Assembly (NCBI GenBank): GCA_043817155.1
Contig: JBDRHE010000069.1
Location: forward strand, 3,244 to 67,243
Reading direction: 5' to 3'
Origin: Candidatus Omnitrophota bacterium
GTDB taxonomy: Bacteria; Omnitrophota; Gorgyraeia; JABMRN01; RBG-13-46-9
DNA: 64,000 nt
Below, piece after piece: positions 34,774 through 43,845 of the stretch. The notes under the pieces are model-generated. The model did no database searches. It was not told where the DNA came from and worked only from the letters and a program-made list of their open reading frames with translations. A program made the translations under genes and the position numbers. Position 1 is the stretch's first letter. The number at the start of each line of letters is the position of its first letter.

Positions 34774-35766
34774 CAACCCTGCGGGCGGATTAAGTTCGCC
34801 CAGCTTGGAAAGATCATCTCCCTTCAGCTTAAATTGGCTGGCAGTAAGGTAGATCACCGCTCCTACCAGGCTCAATACCAAGAGTGAAGCCAGTAACAAG
34901 ATGCTTGCAGAAAAAGCAACATCGTTTCCGATGATCGGCCCGAAAAGAGCAACCGTCGCGCCTTCCCGGAGACCCAATCCTCCAAGTGATGGCAACATGC
35001 TTGCAACACATACCAGTGGCATGATCATAAATACGGCGCCAAGCGATATGTTGTCGACGCCCAATGATCTTATGAGTATAAAAACGACGGTAAAAAAGAT
35101 GCACTGCGAGATCAAAGACAAGACAAAACACTTCAGGATTATCATCTTCTTGGCTTTATACCCATGGACAGCTTTATAGACCTTTGATAGTTTATCCCCA
35201 ACATTCCGAAACTTAACTTTAGACAAAAAACCTTGCATCAGTTTCGCAAACGCGCCATTCAGTATAACCAGAATACCAATTGTGCCAAGAACCGCGAATA
35301 CCAACACGATCTTCTTTACCAGAATATCAGCGCTTTGCCAGGTAAGAAGTAGCGCGCAAGTGCCGATAAAGATGAAACTGCTCATACCTATAAAACGATC
35401 GATAAAGACCGCTATTACGGACTTTGAGGCTTGCTTCGTCTGCTTAAAAACGTAGTATGTCTTTACAATATCACCGCCTACCGCCGTAGGCATAAAGTTG
35501 TTAAAGAAGTATCCTATAAATGTAAGCTGGACGATCCTGCCATATGGAATGCGAAGGCCCTCGCCTATTATCACTAAATTAAGTCTGCACGATATCGCGT
35601 AAACGTTTAATATAAAAAGAGCTATCGCCAAAATAAATAGCGATATATTGACCCTTGAAAGCGTACGCGCGATCTGGCCAAAGTGTCCCCTCATATTCCA
35701 TGCCAGGAAGAAGATGAGGCCTGCGCTAACCATAACCCGCAATATTATGCTCAATTTGCCCTTCAT
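34762..35766 (-). CDS. Lysylphosphatidylglycerol synthase TM-domain/YbhN-like flippase
   Basis: GYFFNNFMPTAVGGD, DRFIG, PSLGGLGLREG; multi-TM; start MKGKLS. Confidence 0.85.
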   Translation of the reverse strand: MKGKLSIILRVMVSAGLIFFLAWNMRGHFGQIARTLSRVNISLFILAIALFILNVYAISCRLNLVIIGEGLRIPYGRIVQLTFIGYFFNNFMPTAVGGDIVKTYYVFKQTKQASKSVIAVFIDRFIGMSSFIFIGTCALLLTWQSADILVKKIVLVFAVLGTIGILVILNGAFAKLMQGFLSKVKFRNVGDKLSKVYKAVHGYKAKKMIILKCFVLSLISQCIFFTVVFILIRSLGVDNISLGAVFMIMPLVCVASMLPSLGGLGLREGATVALFGPIIGNDVAFSASILLLASLLVLSLVGAVIYLTASQFKLKGDDLSKLGELNPPAGLPGI

Positions 35767-35781
35767 GGTAGGACTTAATAT

Positions 35782-35810
35782 ATCATGATTAGTATTAATA
35801 GTAAAGTCAA
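35782..35810 (-). promoter_or_regulatory. Sigma70-type promoter
   Basis: TTGACT-17 nt-CATGAT. Confidence 0.5.
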
Positions 35811-35876
35811 AAAGGCTACCTTTTTTACGCAAAAGACGCAAAAGGGTAACCGCAAAGGTCGCAAAAACAGAACTCT

Positions 35877-36110
35877 GTCTTTGCGAGGCACCGTAAGATT
35901 CGAGCGTGCCGAAGCCCCGCCGCATGCTTCGCATGGCGGGGTCCCGCCATACGAAAGTAACGGCGGGACAATCTCATCTTTTGTCATCCCCGCGAAAGCG
36001 GGGATCCAGAGTGGACTCATCAAGAGTGCATGCATGGATTCCCGCTTGCGGGGGAATGACAGAGAAAAGGCTTCGGCACGCTCGCTTTTTTTACGGCGCC
36101 TCGCAAAGAC
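35877..36110. mobile_element. Family A element carrying insert X and a family B doublet
   Basis: A arms; X at 35915-35968; B at 35982-36061. Confidence 0.85.
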
Positions 36111-36148
36111 GAACATAGGATATAGTAATAAAAAAGATGGGATCAGGG

Positions 36149-37183
36149 TTAGGGTTTGCTGCTCGGTTTGTCGATTTCGGGAGTATTTGGAAGATCCAAT
36201 TTTATCGTAGATTCAACGTTGTCCTTGAATCGTTTTATGTGAATATCGCCTACCTTGTATGCCGTCTGGGCCCTGTCAATGGCGAGCCCCATATCTTCAT
36301 ACCTCTTATAGAAATGGCTGAAATTCCTCTCTATTTTTGTTAAAGCTTCCTGCAATTTCTTTGCGCTCTTTATGATATCGAGGTTCCTCACACCCATTAT
36401 AATTAGCTGGAGGAACGCGTAGAACGTGTTGGGGCTTACCGGAACCACCTTGTTATTCCTTGCGAATTCATAAATATTGCAGGGATGCCCGAGATAGTTC
36501 TTCTCAGCGATCGTCTCGTAATAGATCGACTCAGACGGTATGAACATGATCGCGAAATCCGAAGTTCCCTTATGCGGTTTTACATACTTGTTCTTTATCG
36601 AACTTATCTGGATCTTTAGCCCGTCCTCATAAAGTTTCCAGGTGCGCTTCTTCTCTTCCTCGTCCTCGGCGTTCAGGTACTTTTCATAGATTTCCCTCGG
36701 GAACTTGGCGTCGATCGGTATCACAGTCTCTTTGTATTTTACGACGGCGTCTACCCGCTCCGCCCCATCTATCGAATACTGCTTCTCCCATATGCCCTTG
36801 GGCAGAACCTTGTCCAGCATCTCTTCAAGTATCTCCTCTCCATAGCTGCCCCGGAGCTTCGGTGTTTGGAGCAGATACTTAAGAGAATGCCCAAGCTCTT
36901 TTGCATCCCTCTGTTGCTCAAGCATCTTCTCAAGTGTTGAGCCCATGATCTTTATCGTGTCGAGTGTCTTTATCGCATGATCGGATATTATATTCTTTGA
37001 CGATTCGACCTCCCTGCGAGCGGTCTCCATCGTCTTATACATAATATCCTGGAAACTGACAAATCTCTCATTTACCGTAGATTGCATCTTCTCTTCAAGT
37101 CTTCCATAACGGGAAGTTCTGATCGTAATGAATAGAACAAGCGCTACCAGAATAACAAGTAATCCGACAATTAAGGTTTCCAT
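36149..37183 (-). CDS. rmuC: DNA recombination protein RmuC
   Basis: PKLRGSYGE, IPIDAKFP, FAIMFIPSE, VSPNT. Confidence 0.9.
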   Translation of the reverse strand: METLIVGLLVILVALVLFITIRTSRYGRLEEKMQSTVNERFVSFQDIMYKTMETARREVESSKNIISDHAIKTLDTIKIMGSTLEKMLEQQRDAKELGHSLKYLLQTPKLRGSYGEEILEEMLDKVLPKGIWEKQYSIDGAERVDAVVKYKETVIPIDAKFPREIYEKYLNAEDEEEKKRTWKLYEDGLKIQISSIKNKYVKPHKGTSDFAIMFIPSESIYYETIAEKNYLGHPCNIYEFARNNKVVPVSPNTFYAFLQLIIMGVRNLDIIKSAKKLQEALTKIERNFSHFYKRYEDMGLAIDRAQTAYKVGDIHIKRFKDNVESTIKLDLPNTPEIDKPSSKP

Positions 37184-37971
37184 ATGTCAAAATTGAGCCC
37201 TATCTTCTCTCTTATCTTTGAAAGTGCCGCGCGCGCCGCCCTCTCACCGTCATGTATAGCTTCCCTTGCGCGATGAAATGCAAACTGGTCCATGTCGTGG
37301 AGCTTCGGCTTAATTACAATATCCGCTTGCTTCGACTGGTATTTATCGAGCTCTTCACCGAGTATCTGAATAGATTGTATGAACATCTGAAAGAGGTTCG
37401 TCAGCTTTCCCTTCTTTACGCAGAACCCGATATCAATTGCTATTATTATGTCGGCGCCGAGCTTCTTTGCCATCTTGACCGGAATGCTGTTGCGTATGCC
37501 ACCGTCGCCCAGCATGCGCCCTTCAACTGTAACCGGTGGAAATATGCCCGGCCACGAGCAGCTGGCTTTTATCAGCTTCTTCAGGTTGCCTTTCGTATGG
37601 AGAACCTCCTCCCCGCTTTCAATATCCGTTGTGGTTATCGCAAGAGGTATCCTGAGATCCTTGAAACCCCTGGAGCCCAGAAAGCTGTCTATAATATTCT
37701 CCAGCCTCTTGCCCCTTAAGATCGCTGTGCGGGATATCGAAAAGTCTGCCAGACTCTGCCATGTAAATTTTGTAGCGTACTTCTCCATGGTGTGCGTAGG
37801 AACGCCCAGCGAATACGCGGCTCCTATCAGACTGCCTATGGAACTGCCGACGATGAGGTCTATAGGCACGCGCTCTTTCTCTAGCACCTTCAGCACTCCG
37901 ATATTGGCTATCCCTCTTGCCGCCCCGCCGCCTAACGCAAGACCAACTTTCTTCTTTTTAAAGAATGGCAT
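37171..37971 (-). CDS. Patatin-like phospholipase (RssA/NTE type)
   Basis: GGGAARG, GSSIG, DGG. Confidence 0.9.
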   Translation of the reverse strand: MPFFKKKKVGLALGGGAARGIANIGVLKVLEKERVPIDLIVGSSIGSLIGAAYSLGVPTHTMEKYATKFTWQSLADFSISRTAILRGKRLENIIDSFLGSRGFKDLRIPLAITTTDIESGEEVLHTKGNLKKLIKASCSWPGIFPPVTVEGRMLGDGGIRNSIPVKMAKKLGADIIIAIDIGFCVKKGKLTNLFQMFIQSIQILGEELDKYQSKQADIVIKPKLHDMDQFAFHRAREAIHDGERAARAALSKIREKIGLNFDIWKP

Positions 37972-38030
37972 ATCTCACCTCGGTTTAAAATTATTGCGTG
38001 CAAAAACACGCATAAACCCTATGTTACCCT

Positions 38031-38286
38031 GTCCTTACGAGTCACTTCAAGATACGAACGTGCCAAAGCATCTCTGATTCCCCCGTCTTTGCGAGGCAAC
38101 GTAAAATTCGAGTGTGCCGAAGGAATCTCAAGGTTGAAACAAGTTGTCATTCCCGCGGAAGCGGGAATCCATAGATATGCTCTCGTCGAATTCACCCTGG
38201 ATCCCCGCTTCCGCGGGGATGACATATGAGAAAAACAGAGATGCAGAGTTCCGTACGCTTAGCATTTTACGGCACCTCGCAAAGAC
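38031..38286. mobile_element. Family A element (plus a degenerate extra left arm) carrying a family B doublet
   Basis: A arms 38085-38286; B at 38145-38224; interior near-identical to the reverse complement of 49835-49965. Confidence 0.82.
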
Positions 38287-38313
38287 AGGTCTTCTGTTGT
38301 CCGTCTCTCGAGA

Positions 38314-39117
38314 TCAGTATATCGCTATCCCCGCATATCCGACTACAGATGAATAGTCGCCGGAAACATCCCCGCTTGTTCTATATCTTATCAATTTAGC
38401 ATTCTTGGCGCCAAGCTCAATGCACGCCTGCATCATAATGGCAGTAGGCGCAAATCCACACATGCTGATATCGTTCTTCTCAACGGTTTCAATAAAGCCG
38501 TCCACATCCAGAGAGAGTACTTTCTCAATTGCGAGCGCGTCCTTCTTCTTCGCAAGCTCTTGAGATTCGTAATGCGTCATGTCGCTGGAAGCAACGATAA
38601 GCACTCGATCCTTCCATGCGTTTATGGCAGATGCGAGCTCGGCACCGATCTCTTTTAAGACGCGCCTTTCGGTATGCGCTATTACGATCGGCACGATCTT
38701 GAAGTCACTCTTAAAATGCTGTATAAACGGCAGTTGCACCTCGATGGAATGCTCCCCGTCATGACAAAGATGGTCCTTCTCTATGTGCCGTGATCCTGCG
38801 AGGATCTTCTGTGCCATTTCGCCATCAACCTTGACATCCCCTAAAGGGGTCTTCCACGTTCTATCATCATCAAGACCTACCGGCTTTCCGAGCCCTGTAT
38901 GATTGGGCCCCAGCACTATGTAGGTGCTCTTAGATTCAATTGACGAAAATAGTTCGCCGGCTACTCGGCCTGAATAGACATACCCGGCATGGGGTGACAC
39001 GACACCGATTGCGCCTATCCTATCCTTGACTGTAAGGCTGAGATCGGCCACTTCTCTTGCGAGATCGGATCTCTTTGCGTTATAAAACCGGCCTGCCACT
39101 ACAGGCTCTCTTATCAC
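38314..39117 (-). CDS. amrB: AmmeMemoRadiSam system protein B (MEMO1 family)
   Basis: REPVVAGRFY, PHAGYVYSG, GPNH, EHSIEVQLPF, ASSDMTHY, MCG, VVGY. Confidence 0.93.
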   Translation of the reverse strand: MIREPVVAGRFYNAKRSDLAREVADLSLTVKDRIGAIGVVSPHAGYVYSGRVAGELFSSIESKSTYIVLGPNHTGLGKPVGLDDDRTWKTPLGDVKVDGEMAQKILAGSRHIEKDHLCHDGEHSIEVQLPFIQHFKSDFKIVPIVIAHTERRVLKEIGAELASAINAWKDRVLIVASSDMTHYESQELAKKKDALAIEKVLSLDVDGFIETVEKNDISMCGFAPTAIMMQACIELGAKNAKLIRYRTSGDVSGDYSSVVGYAGIAIY

Positions 39118-40028
39118 TGGCCCATCTCCTGGTCTAAAAACTTAAGCGACCCCTTCACTTCCTCGGCGGTAGCGATTTTATGTGCTTCGATGACTTTGAG
39201 CGTGTCAGGTTTTATATACGGCTTCAACCTTTTGAAGTCGAACTCCCCGCACCCGGGAGCCCTGTGATCATCAAATAACATTATATCATGCAGATGAACA
39301 CCAATCAAGCGGCTGGCCAGATTTTCCAGTAAGTCTTCATGTTTTATTATAGACAGATTCTCGTAAAGCTGCGCATGCCCGGTATCGTGCCAGTAGAAGA
39401 GATGCTCATCATCGATGGTATTGAATATAGTCTTAAACTCCGCCAGTGACGGCATCTCATTTATGTAATATCTGTTCTCTAAAGCCAGGTTTACACCTAT
39501 CAGCGCCGCATATTTTAAAAGCTCCTTTAAGCTCTCCATCGCGCGGCTTAAGTAAGGTTTCGCCAGCCTCTGCCTCTCTCCTAAAGCAATCTCTTTCTCC
39601 TTTTCGAATCTGGCTCTATCTGAGATAGCAAAGAGACTCCTGGTCCTGTCCTCCATATCTATCCTGCCAAGATGCATAACCAGGACTTTTGCTTCCAATC
39701 TCTTCACAAAATCCATACTCCGTTTTGTGAATTTCACAGCAAGAGCCCTTTCGGAAACATCGGGACTTGCCAAAGAATAATATTCCGGGGAAGCATCTTT
39801 CGGCTTCACGCCGCTGGGCAGTGGGCAATAATTATGGGTGCTTGTAACGCTGATATCCCCTGCATCCTTCAGCTTCACAAAATCATTCACCTGCTCTTCA
39901 GTCAGGGCAAAATTTAGTTCAAAGCGCTCGAATCCGAGCGCCTTTAACTCGTCAACCATTCCCTTTGCATCTTTATGCGCTCTGTAGTTCCAGGATGTTG
40001 AGATGGCGTAAAGATTGTCTCTATTCAT
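39114..40028 (-). CDS. Sugar phosphate isomerase/epimerase (AP endonuclease 2 TIM barrel) family
   Basis: THNYCP, LALENR, WHDTGHA, VHLHD, DHRAPG. Confidence 0.85.
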   Translation of the reverse strand: MNRDNLYAISTSWNYRAHKDAKGMVDELKALGFERFELNFALTEEQVNDFVKLKDAGDISVTSTHNYCPLPSGVKPKDASPEYYSLASPDVSERALAVKFTKRSMDFVKRLEAKVLVMHLGRIDMEDRTRSLFAISDRARFEKEKEIALGERQRLAKPYLSRAMESLKELLKYAALIGVNLALENRYYINEMPSLAEFKTIFNTIDDEHLFYWHDTGHAQLYENLSIIKHEDLLENLASRLIGVHLHDIMLFDDHRAPGCGEFDFKRLKPYIKPDTLKVIEAHKIATAEEVKGSLKFLDQEMGQ

Positions 40029-42681
40029 TTCCTTGCCCGGCGATCGTAACAATGACCGACTTATCCAGTTTAATATATCTCTTTGCGGTTTCTACAATAT
40101 CGTCTCTTGTCACAGCTGATATGGCGCTGGGGTAATTCAGGTAAGAGTCGTAACCTACATCGTAAGTTTCGTCAAGAGCCATTATATATGCAAGGGAGGC
40201 ATTGGTCTGCAGGAATATCTTGTGACGGCCGATGAGAGAGGTTTTAGCCAGGTCAATCTCCTCGCCTGTAACCTCACCGCCTGACACCTTTTCAAGCTCT
40301 CCTATCAAGACGCGCCTGGCTTCATCAAGGTGCGTCTTGTCTGTTGCTATATACGATCCAACGAGCCCTGGATCTATCCCCGGGACTGAGAATGTCCCAA
40401 GCGAATATGAGAGCCCCAGATTATTACGCACGGATTCATAGAGCCGCCCGTTCTCTCCTGATAAAATAGAACTTAAAATATCCAGGGCAAATCTATCATT
40501 GTTAGCGTAAGTCGTTCCCCTGAAACCTGCGGCTACAATCGACTGCTCTCTTGGCAGGTCGAAATCCGCGATCTTTCTTTCGGTTAACGGTTCCTCTTCT
40601 ATTCCCGGGAACTCCGGCGCGTTTCCCCTCCAGCCCGAAAAGAGACCCGTGATCGCGGCTTCCATCTCTTCCGGATCAAAGTCTCCCACTAAAGAGATCA
40701 CCATATTCCCCGGAACACAGAACCTGCCATAGAATTCCTGCACATTCTCCCTTGTGAGACCGAGTACCGTATCAACCTCACCGATCGTCCTGAGCCTGTA
40801 CGGGTGCGAACTGAAGAGCGCCTGTTGAAGCTTTAAAAAGATAGCGCTGTAAATATCATCATCCTGACTCTTTATGAGGGCGAATATCTTCTCCTTCTCT
40901 TTAATTATCTCACTTTCAGGAAAACTCGCGCCTCTAATAACATCCCCCAGGATCTCCAGAGTCTCCTTTGTATCTTCCCTTAAAAAATTTAGAGAAATGC
41001 CAAACGTGTTCTTGCCGCTAAAGGCCGATATCGAGCCTCCTCTGCATTCGATGATGGGGCGAATCTGGGGCTCTTGCCGTTTAGTTGTCCCCTTCAATAG
41101 CATAGTGCTTGTTAGATTTGAAATGCCGTTATTGAGATCTGTTTCTGCCCTTACCCCGCCCAGGAATGAGCATACAGCGGAGATCTTCGGTATCCTGTGA
41201 TCCTCCTTCAGTATAAGTCTGATCCCGTTTGGAAGCATCTTCTTTATCGGGGCCCCACCCTTAACAGAGGATCGCGCTTCACCGCCTACATCGCCGGGTG
41301 GAAGCGTGGTCTTCGTATCGGAAAGGGCGCTCTCTTTTCCAGCGCTCTTGGGATAAAGGCTTACGATCGTAGCGTTCTTTTTGCCAAGATACTTTTTAGC
41401 AACACGTTTTATCGCCTCATTGTCTACTCCCCTTACGCTCTCTACATAATTCTTGAAATAATAAGGATCCCCGGCAAAGAATTCGCTTTGCGATATCGCT
41501 CTGGCCATCCCGCCGGTCGTCTCAAGAGAATCGATATAGCTTGATACAACGATGTTCTTGGCGGTATTTAGTTCGCCGGGTTCTACGCCGTTATGGGCTA
41601 CCTCCTCGATCTCCTTAAATATCTCTCTCTTTGCAGCTTCGATCTTTTCGCTTGCGCAAACGACGTAGTTAATAAAAAGACCCGGATATTTTGGCGTATA
41701 ATTGAAGGTGCTTACCGAATAAGCGATCTGGCTCTCCTTCACAAGTCTCTTTATTAGCCTCGAACCGTCCCAATCCCCCATTATAATACTGAGGAGATCC
41801 AGGGCATAGGTATCGTCGTCAGCAAGCGATACGGTGTGATAGCCGATAGAAAGATACCCTAAATTTACGTTGGCCGCCTCGGCTAATTCGCGCATAGCGT
41901 TCTGCCCGGACTCGCTCTGTATGCCGACCTCCGGCAGACGCGACCTCTCTTTATTTTTAAAGAGCTCTTTTGCGCTATCCAGCGCCGCTACGGTATCGAC
42001 ATCTCCTGCAATCGCAACTATGATATAATTAGGGATATACCGGGAAGCGTGGTAACTGATAAGATCGTCTCTCGTTAAGCCTTTGAAGAGATCTTCGTAT
42101 CCTATGACCGGCATCCCATAGACGTGTTCCGGGTAGGACTCTTGCCAAAGAAGCCGCATAATGCGCCTTGGTGGATCGTCTATGTTCAGCTTTATTTCTT
42201 TCAGGATCACTTCCCGTTCTTTCTCCAGTTCCAATCCATCAAAAGCAGGGTGGAACAGAATGTCCTCGATCAAAACAAGAGCGCTCTGGAAGTGTTCACT
42301 CGGCACGGTGATAAAGTAACTGGCGCTGTCAAGCCCTGTCGAAGCATTTATAGTTCCTCCCAGCGATTTCACCTTCTCCTCTATCTCCCCCGGGCCCATC
42401 TTCACAGTCCCTTTGAAGACCATGTGTTCTACGAAGTGCGATATACCTGTTCCGGCATAAGTGCCCTCGGAAGAGAGGCCGGCTTTAACTGTCGCTAGTA
42501 TAGTGACAACAGGGTGCGAATGATCTTCATTTATAAGAACCGTCATGCCGTTCTTAAGCGTGTGCTTTTCGATCTTCAGCGCCGCAGACTCTTCGGATGC
42601 ACCGCATGAAGTGTAAATGCAAACAAGGCCTATTAACATAGCAATCGTGATAAGACTCTTGTTTGTGGTTCTTTTATTCAT
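40021..42681 (-). CDS. M16 (pitrilysin/PqqL-like) zinc peptidase with two lobes fused; probable lipoprotein or exported
   Basis: HFVEHMVFKGT (HxxEH) in the first half; second half lacks the ligands (NLTSTMLLKGT). Confidence 0.9.
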   Translation of the reverse strand: MNKRTTNKSLITIAMLIGLVCIYTSCGASEESAALKIEKHTLKNGMTVLINEDHSHPVVTILATVKAGLSSEGTYAGTGISHFVEHMVFKGTVKMGPGEIEEKVKSLGGTINASTGLDSASYFITVPSEHFQSALVLIEDILFHPAFDGLELEKEREVILKEIKLNIDDPPRRIMRLLWQESYPEHVYGMPVIGYEDLFKGLTRDDLISYHASRYIPNYIIVAIAGDVDTVAALDSAKELFKNKERSRLPEVGIQSESGQNAMRELAEAANVNLGYLSIGYHTVSLADDDTYALDLLSIIMGDWDGSRLIKRLVKESQIAYSVSTFNYTPKYPGLFINYVVCASEKIEAAKREIFKEIEEVAHNGVEPGELNTAKNIVVSSYIDSLETTGGMARAISQSEFFAGDPYYFKNYVESVRGVDNEAIKRVAKKYLGKKNATIVSLYPKSAGKESALSDTKTTLPPGDVGGEARSSVKGGAPIKKMLPNGIRLILKEDHRIPKISAVCSFLGGVRAETDLNNGISNLTSTMLLKGTTKRQEPQIRPIIECRGGSISAFSGKNTFGISLNFLREDTKETLEILGDVIRGASFPESEIIKEKEKIFALIKSQDDDIYSAIFLKLQQALFSSHPYRLRTIGEVDTVLGLTRENVQEFYGRFCVPGNMVISLVGDFDPEEMEAAITGLFSGWRGNAPEFPGIEEEPLTERKIADFDLPREQSIVAAGFRGTTYANNDRFALDILSSILSGENGRLYESVRNNLGLSYSLGTFSVPGIDPGLVGSYIATDKTHLDEARRVLIGELEKVSGGEVTGEEIDLAKTSLIGRHKIFLQTNASLAYIMALDETYDVGYDSYLNYPSAISAVTRDDIVETAKRYIKLDKSVIVTIAGQGNE

Positions 42682-42690
42682 GATGATTAG

Positions 42691-42718
42691 ATTATAATGA
42701 AATAGGCGGATAAGTCAA
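42691..42718 (-). promoter_or_regulatory. Sigma70 promoter, near-leaderless
   Basis: TTGACT-16 nt-TATAAT, 9 nt before ATG. Confidence 0.65.
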
Positions 42719-42858
42719 GGGTAACCACGGGGAGAATCACATCAACACCCGATCGCTCTGGCTGTGAGACAATTCTTCCGCTAACCAAAGCATGAAGCAG
42801 GTGAATGCATGAGAGCATCCTTCTGTCTAACCTGGTTAGAATTGCTCTGTTCAAACTT

Positions 42859-43058
42859 CAGCGCAGGTTCAATCAGTCCGGGATGCTCAGCATAAAATAT
42901 TATGCAAAGATTCTCTCTTCTTGCCTCTTTATAAGGTGATCGTCGGTTTTAAGGAAATGTCGTAAGCCAATACATACGATGACCTATAATACCGACTCTC
43001 ACCTTGTAAAGAGACAAAGAGAGAATATTCGCCTCCCGGACTGCTTGAACCTGCGCTG
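42859..43058. repeat. ~200-nt rod-like hairpin, copy 1
   Basis: Self-complementary along most of its length; homologous to the reverse complement of 43584-43780. Confidence 0.85.
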
Positions 43059-43425
43059 GTTGTGGGACAATTGTATATGCTCAGTAATTGTGTCCCTTTT
43101 TAAATATGTTATACCTGTGTGCTTTTTTGATAAAATTCTGTCATCCCCGCGCAAGCGGGGATCCAGAAGTGTATTCATTCTAATGTATTGTGGCATGACT
43201 GGATTCCCGCTTCCGCGGGAATGACAAACTGTTGAACGGATCTATTAAGAGCTTCAAAAAGTTACTGAATTATTGAGCTAATACAACAGTCCTATAGAAA
43301 TTCCTGCCCGCTTTGCGGACGAGAATTTCTGTAGGGCAGATTGTGTGGGGATCCTGTAGAAATTTACCGTTTGTTTGTTAAGGTAAATTTCTGCAGGGCA
43401 AGCGGAAGAATTGTCCCACAGCCAG
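43056..43425 (-). mobile_element. Family F element (CTGGCTGYGGGRYAATTCTTCCGCTTGCC...AATTRYCCCAYAACCAG) containing a family B doublet and two hairpins
   Basis: 17-bp terminal inverted repeats; same ends as 52584-52741. Confidence 0.65.
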
Positions 43426-43583
43426 AGAGATCGGGTGTGATGCGAATACGATCATATCAGATTATTATCATAATGCACTCATTCATCTACCTGCTCCATG
43501 CCCTATGTTTTTCACAAAAGATCGGTAAAAAAGCCGGGCAGAGATTCTGAAAGCATTTGAAAGATTTTATAAGATTCGATAGT

Positions 43584-43780
43584 CGGCACAGGCCAGGCGT
43601 CCCAGAGGCGCATATTCTCTCTTTGTCTCTTTACAAGGTGAGAGTTGGTATTCCGGGTATTCGTATATCTTGGCTTACGACATTTCCTAAAAACCAACGA
43701 TCACCTTATAAAGAGACAAGTTGAGAGAATTTTAGCATAATATTTTAGGCATAAGCCTCTGGGACGCTTGGCCTGTGCTG
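43584..43780. repeat. ~200-nt rod-like hairpin, copy 2 (inverted)
   Basis: Aligns end to end with copy 1, with compensatory substitutions. Confidence 0.85.
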
Positions 43781-43845
43781 ATTTACAAATCACAAATGGC
43801 GATTGCGATTGATCGGTAGCAAACGCAAGAATTGCTCTAATGAAA

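Noticed and set aside
42859-43058. Rod hairpin as 6S RNA or integron attC
   Set aside because: No large symmetric central bubble; two inverted copies within 1 kb; no proper RYYYAAC/GTTRRRY ends, cassette ORFs or integrase. Not formally excluded without cmscan
42979-43697. Short ORFs sharing SHLVKRQREN (42979-43224, 43512-43697) as duplicated small proteins
   Set aside because: Similarity comes from the duplicated hairpin; starts, lengths and flanking frames differ between the copies
42700-43845. Replication origin in the large intergenic gap
   Set aside because: No cluster of DnaA boxes (TTWTNCACA) seen and no dnaA/dnaN/gidA context
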